64,000 bases of DNA, from assembly GCA_024231955.1 (NCBI GenBank), contig JAAEPZ010000033.1:86240-150239 (forward strand). Direction: 5' to 3'. A program made the translations under genes and the position numbers. Below, in pieces: positions 63,871-64,000 of the stretch (the stretch's first letter is position 1; each line of letters starts with the position of its first letter). The notes under the pieces are model-generated. The model was not told the DNA's origin. It saw only the letters and a list, made by a program, of their open reading frames with translations, and did not search any database. The stretch comes from a bacterium. Lineage in GTDB: Bacteria > Krumholzibacteriota > Krumholzibacteriia > JACNKJ01.

Positions 63871-64000
63871 CTATAAAGCCATCTCCATCTCCAACTCGCC
63901 GTCGGAGTTCGTCTTGCCGTTCTCCCTGAAGCCCACCTTCAGATAGAGCTTCCTGGCCGGCATGTTGTCCGGGACGATGGCCAGCTCGATTCGGGTTGCC
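63871..64000 (-). CDS. GNAT acetyltransferase (C-terminal part; start outside window)
   Basis: ...RIELAIVPDNMPARKLYLKVGF... motif B, stop at 63871. Confidence 0.75.
   Translation of the reverse strand, partial: ATRIELAIVPDNMPARKLYLKVGFRENGKTNSDGELEMEMAL

Overview
Mostly GC-rich bacterial chromosome. Many secreted proteins end in FlgD-Ig/T9SS-like domains and one ends in a 'WGxxKxxFR' tail, which suggests (inference) an FCB-superphylum lineage such as Krumholzibacteriota/Latescibacterota. Housekeeping and stress genes include a CPA2 antiporter, monomeric icd, Ada-AlkA + Ogt, recQ, MdaB/AraC, a K+ channel, cysteine desulfurase, oligoendopeptidase F, adenosine deaminase and a NYN protein. There is also a GH31-NPCBM-FGE fusion, a beta-propeller hybrid histidine kinase and a cluster of secreted repeat proteins. 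A decayed, lower-GC island (~34.2-45.9 kb) lies at the 3' end of tRNA-Asn. It has three att-like repeats, a DUF2924/large serine recombinase module broken by an IS3 element, and duplicated IS-end fragments carrying a TATAAT box in front of different cargo genes. It also holds a solitary tandem-NDT-like/P-loop ATPase gene, the best candidate for an undescribed anti-phage system. At 51-60 kb, a FecR/outer-membrane barrel/CHASE2-adenylate cyclase operon without a sigma factor is flanked by GAF-PP2C and GAF-kinase genes, a candidate trans-envelope cAMP circuit. All domain calls were made by eye from motifs; no searches were run.
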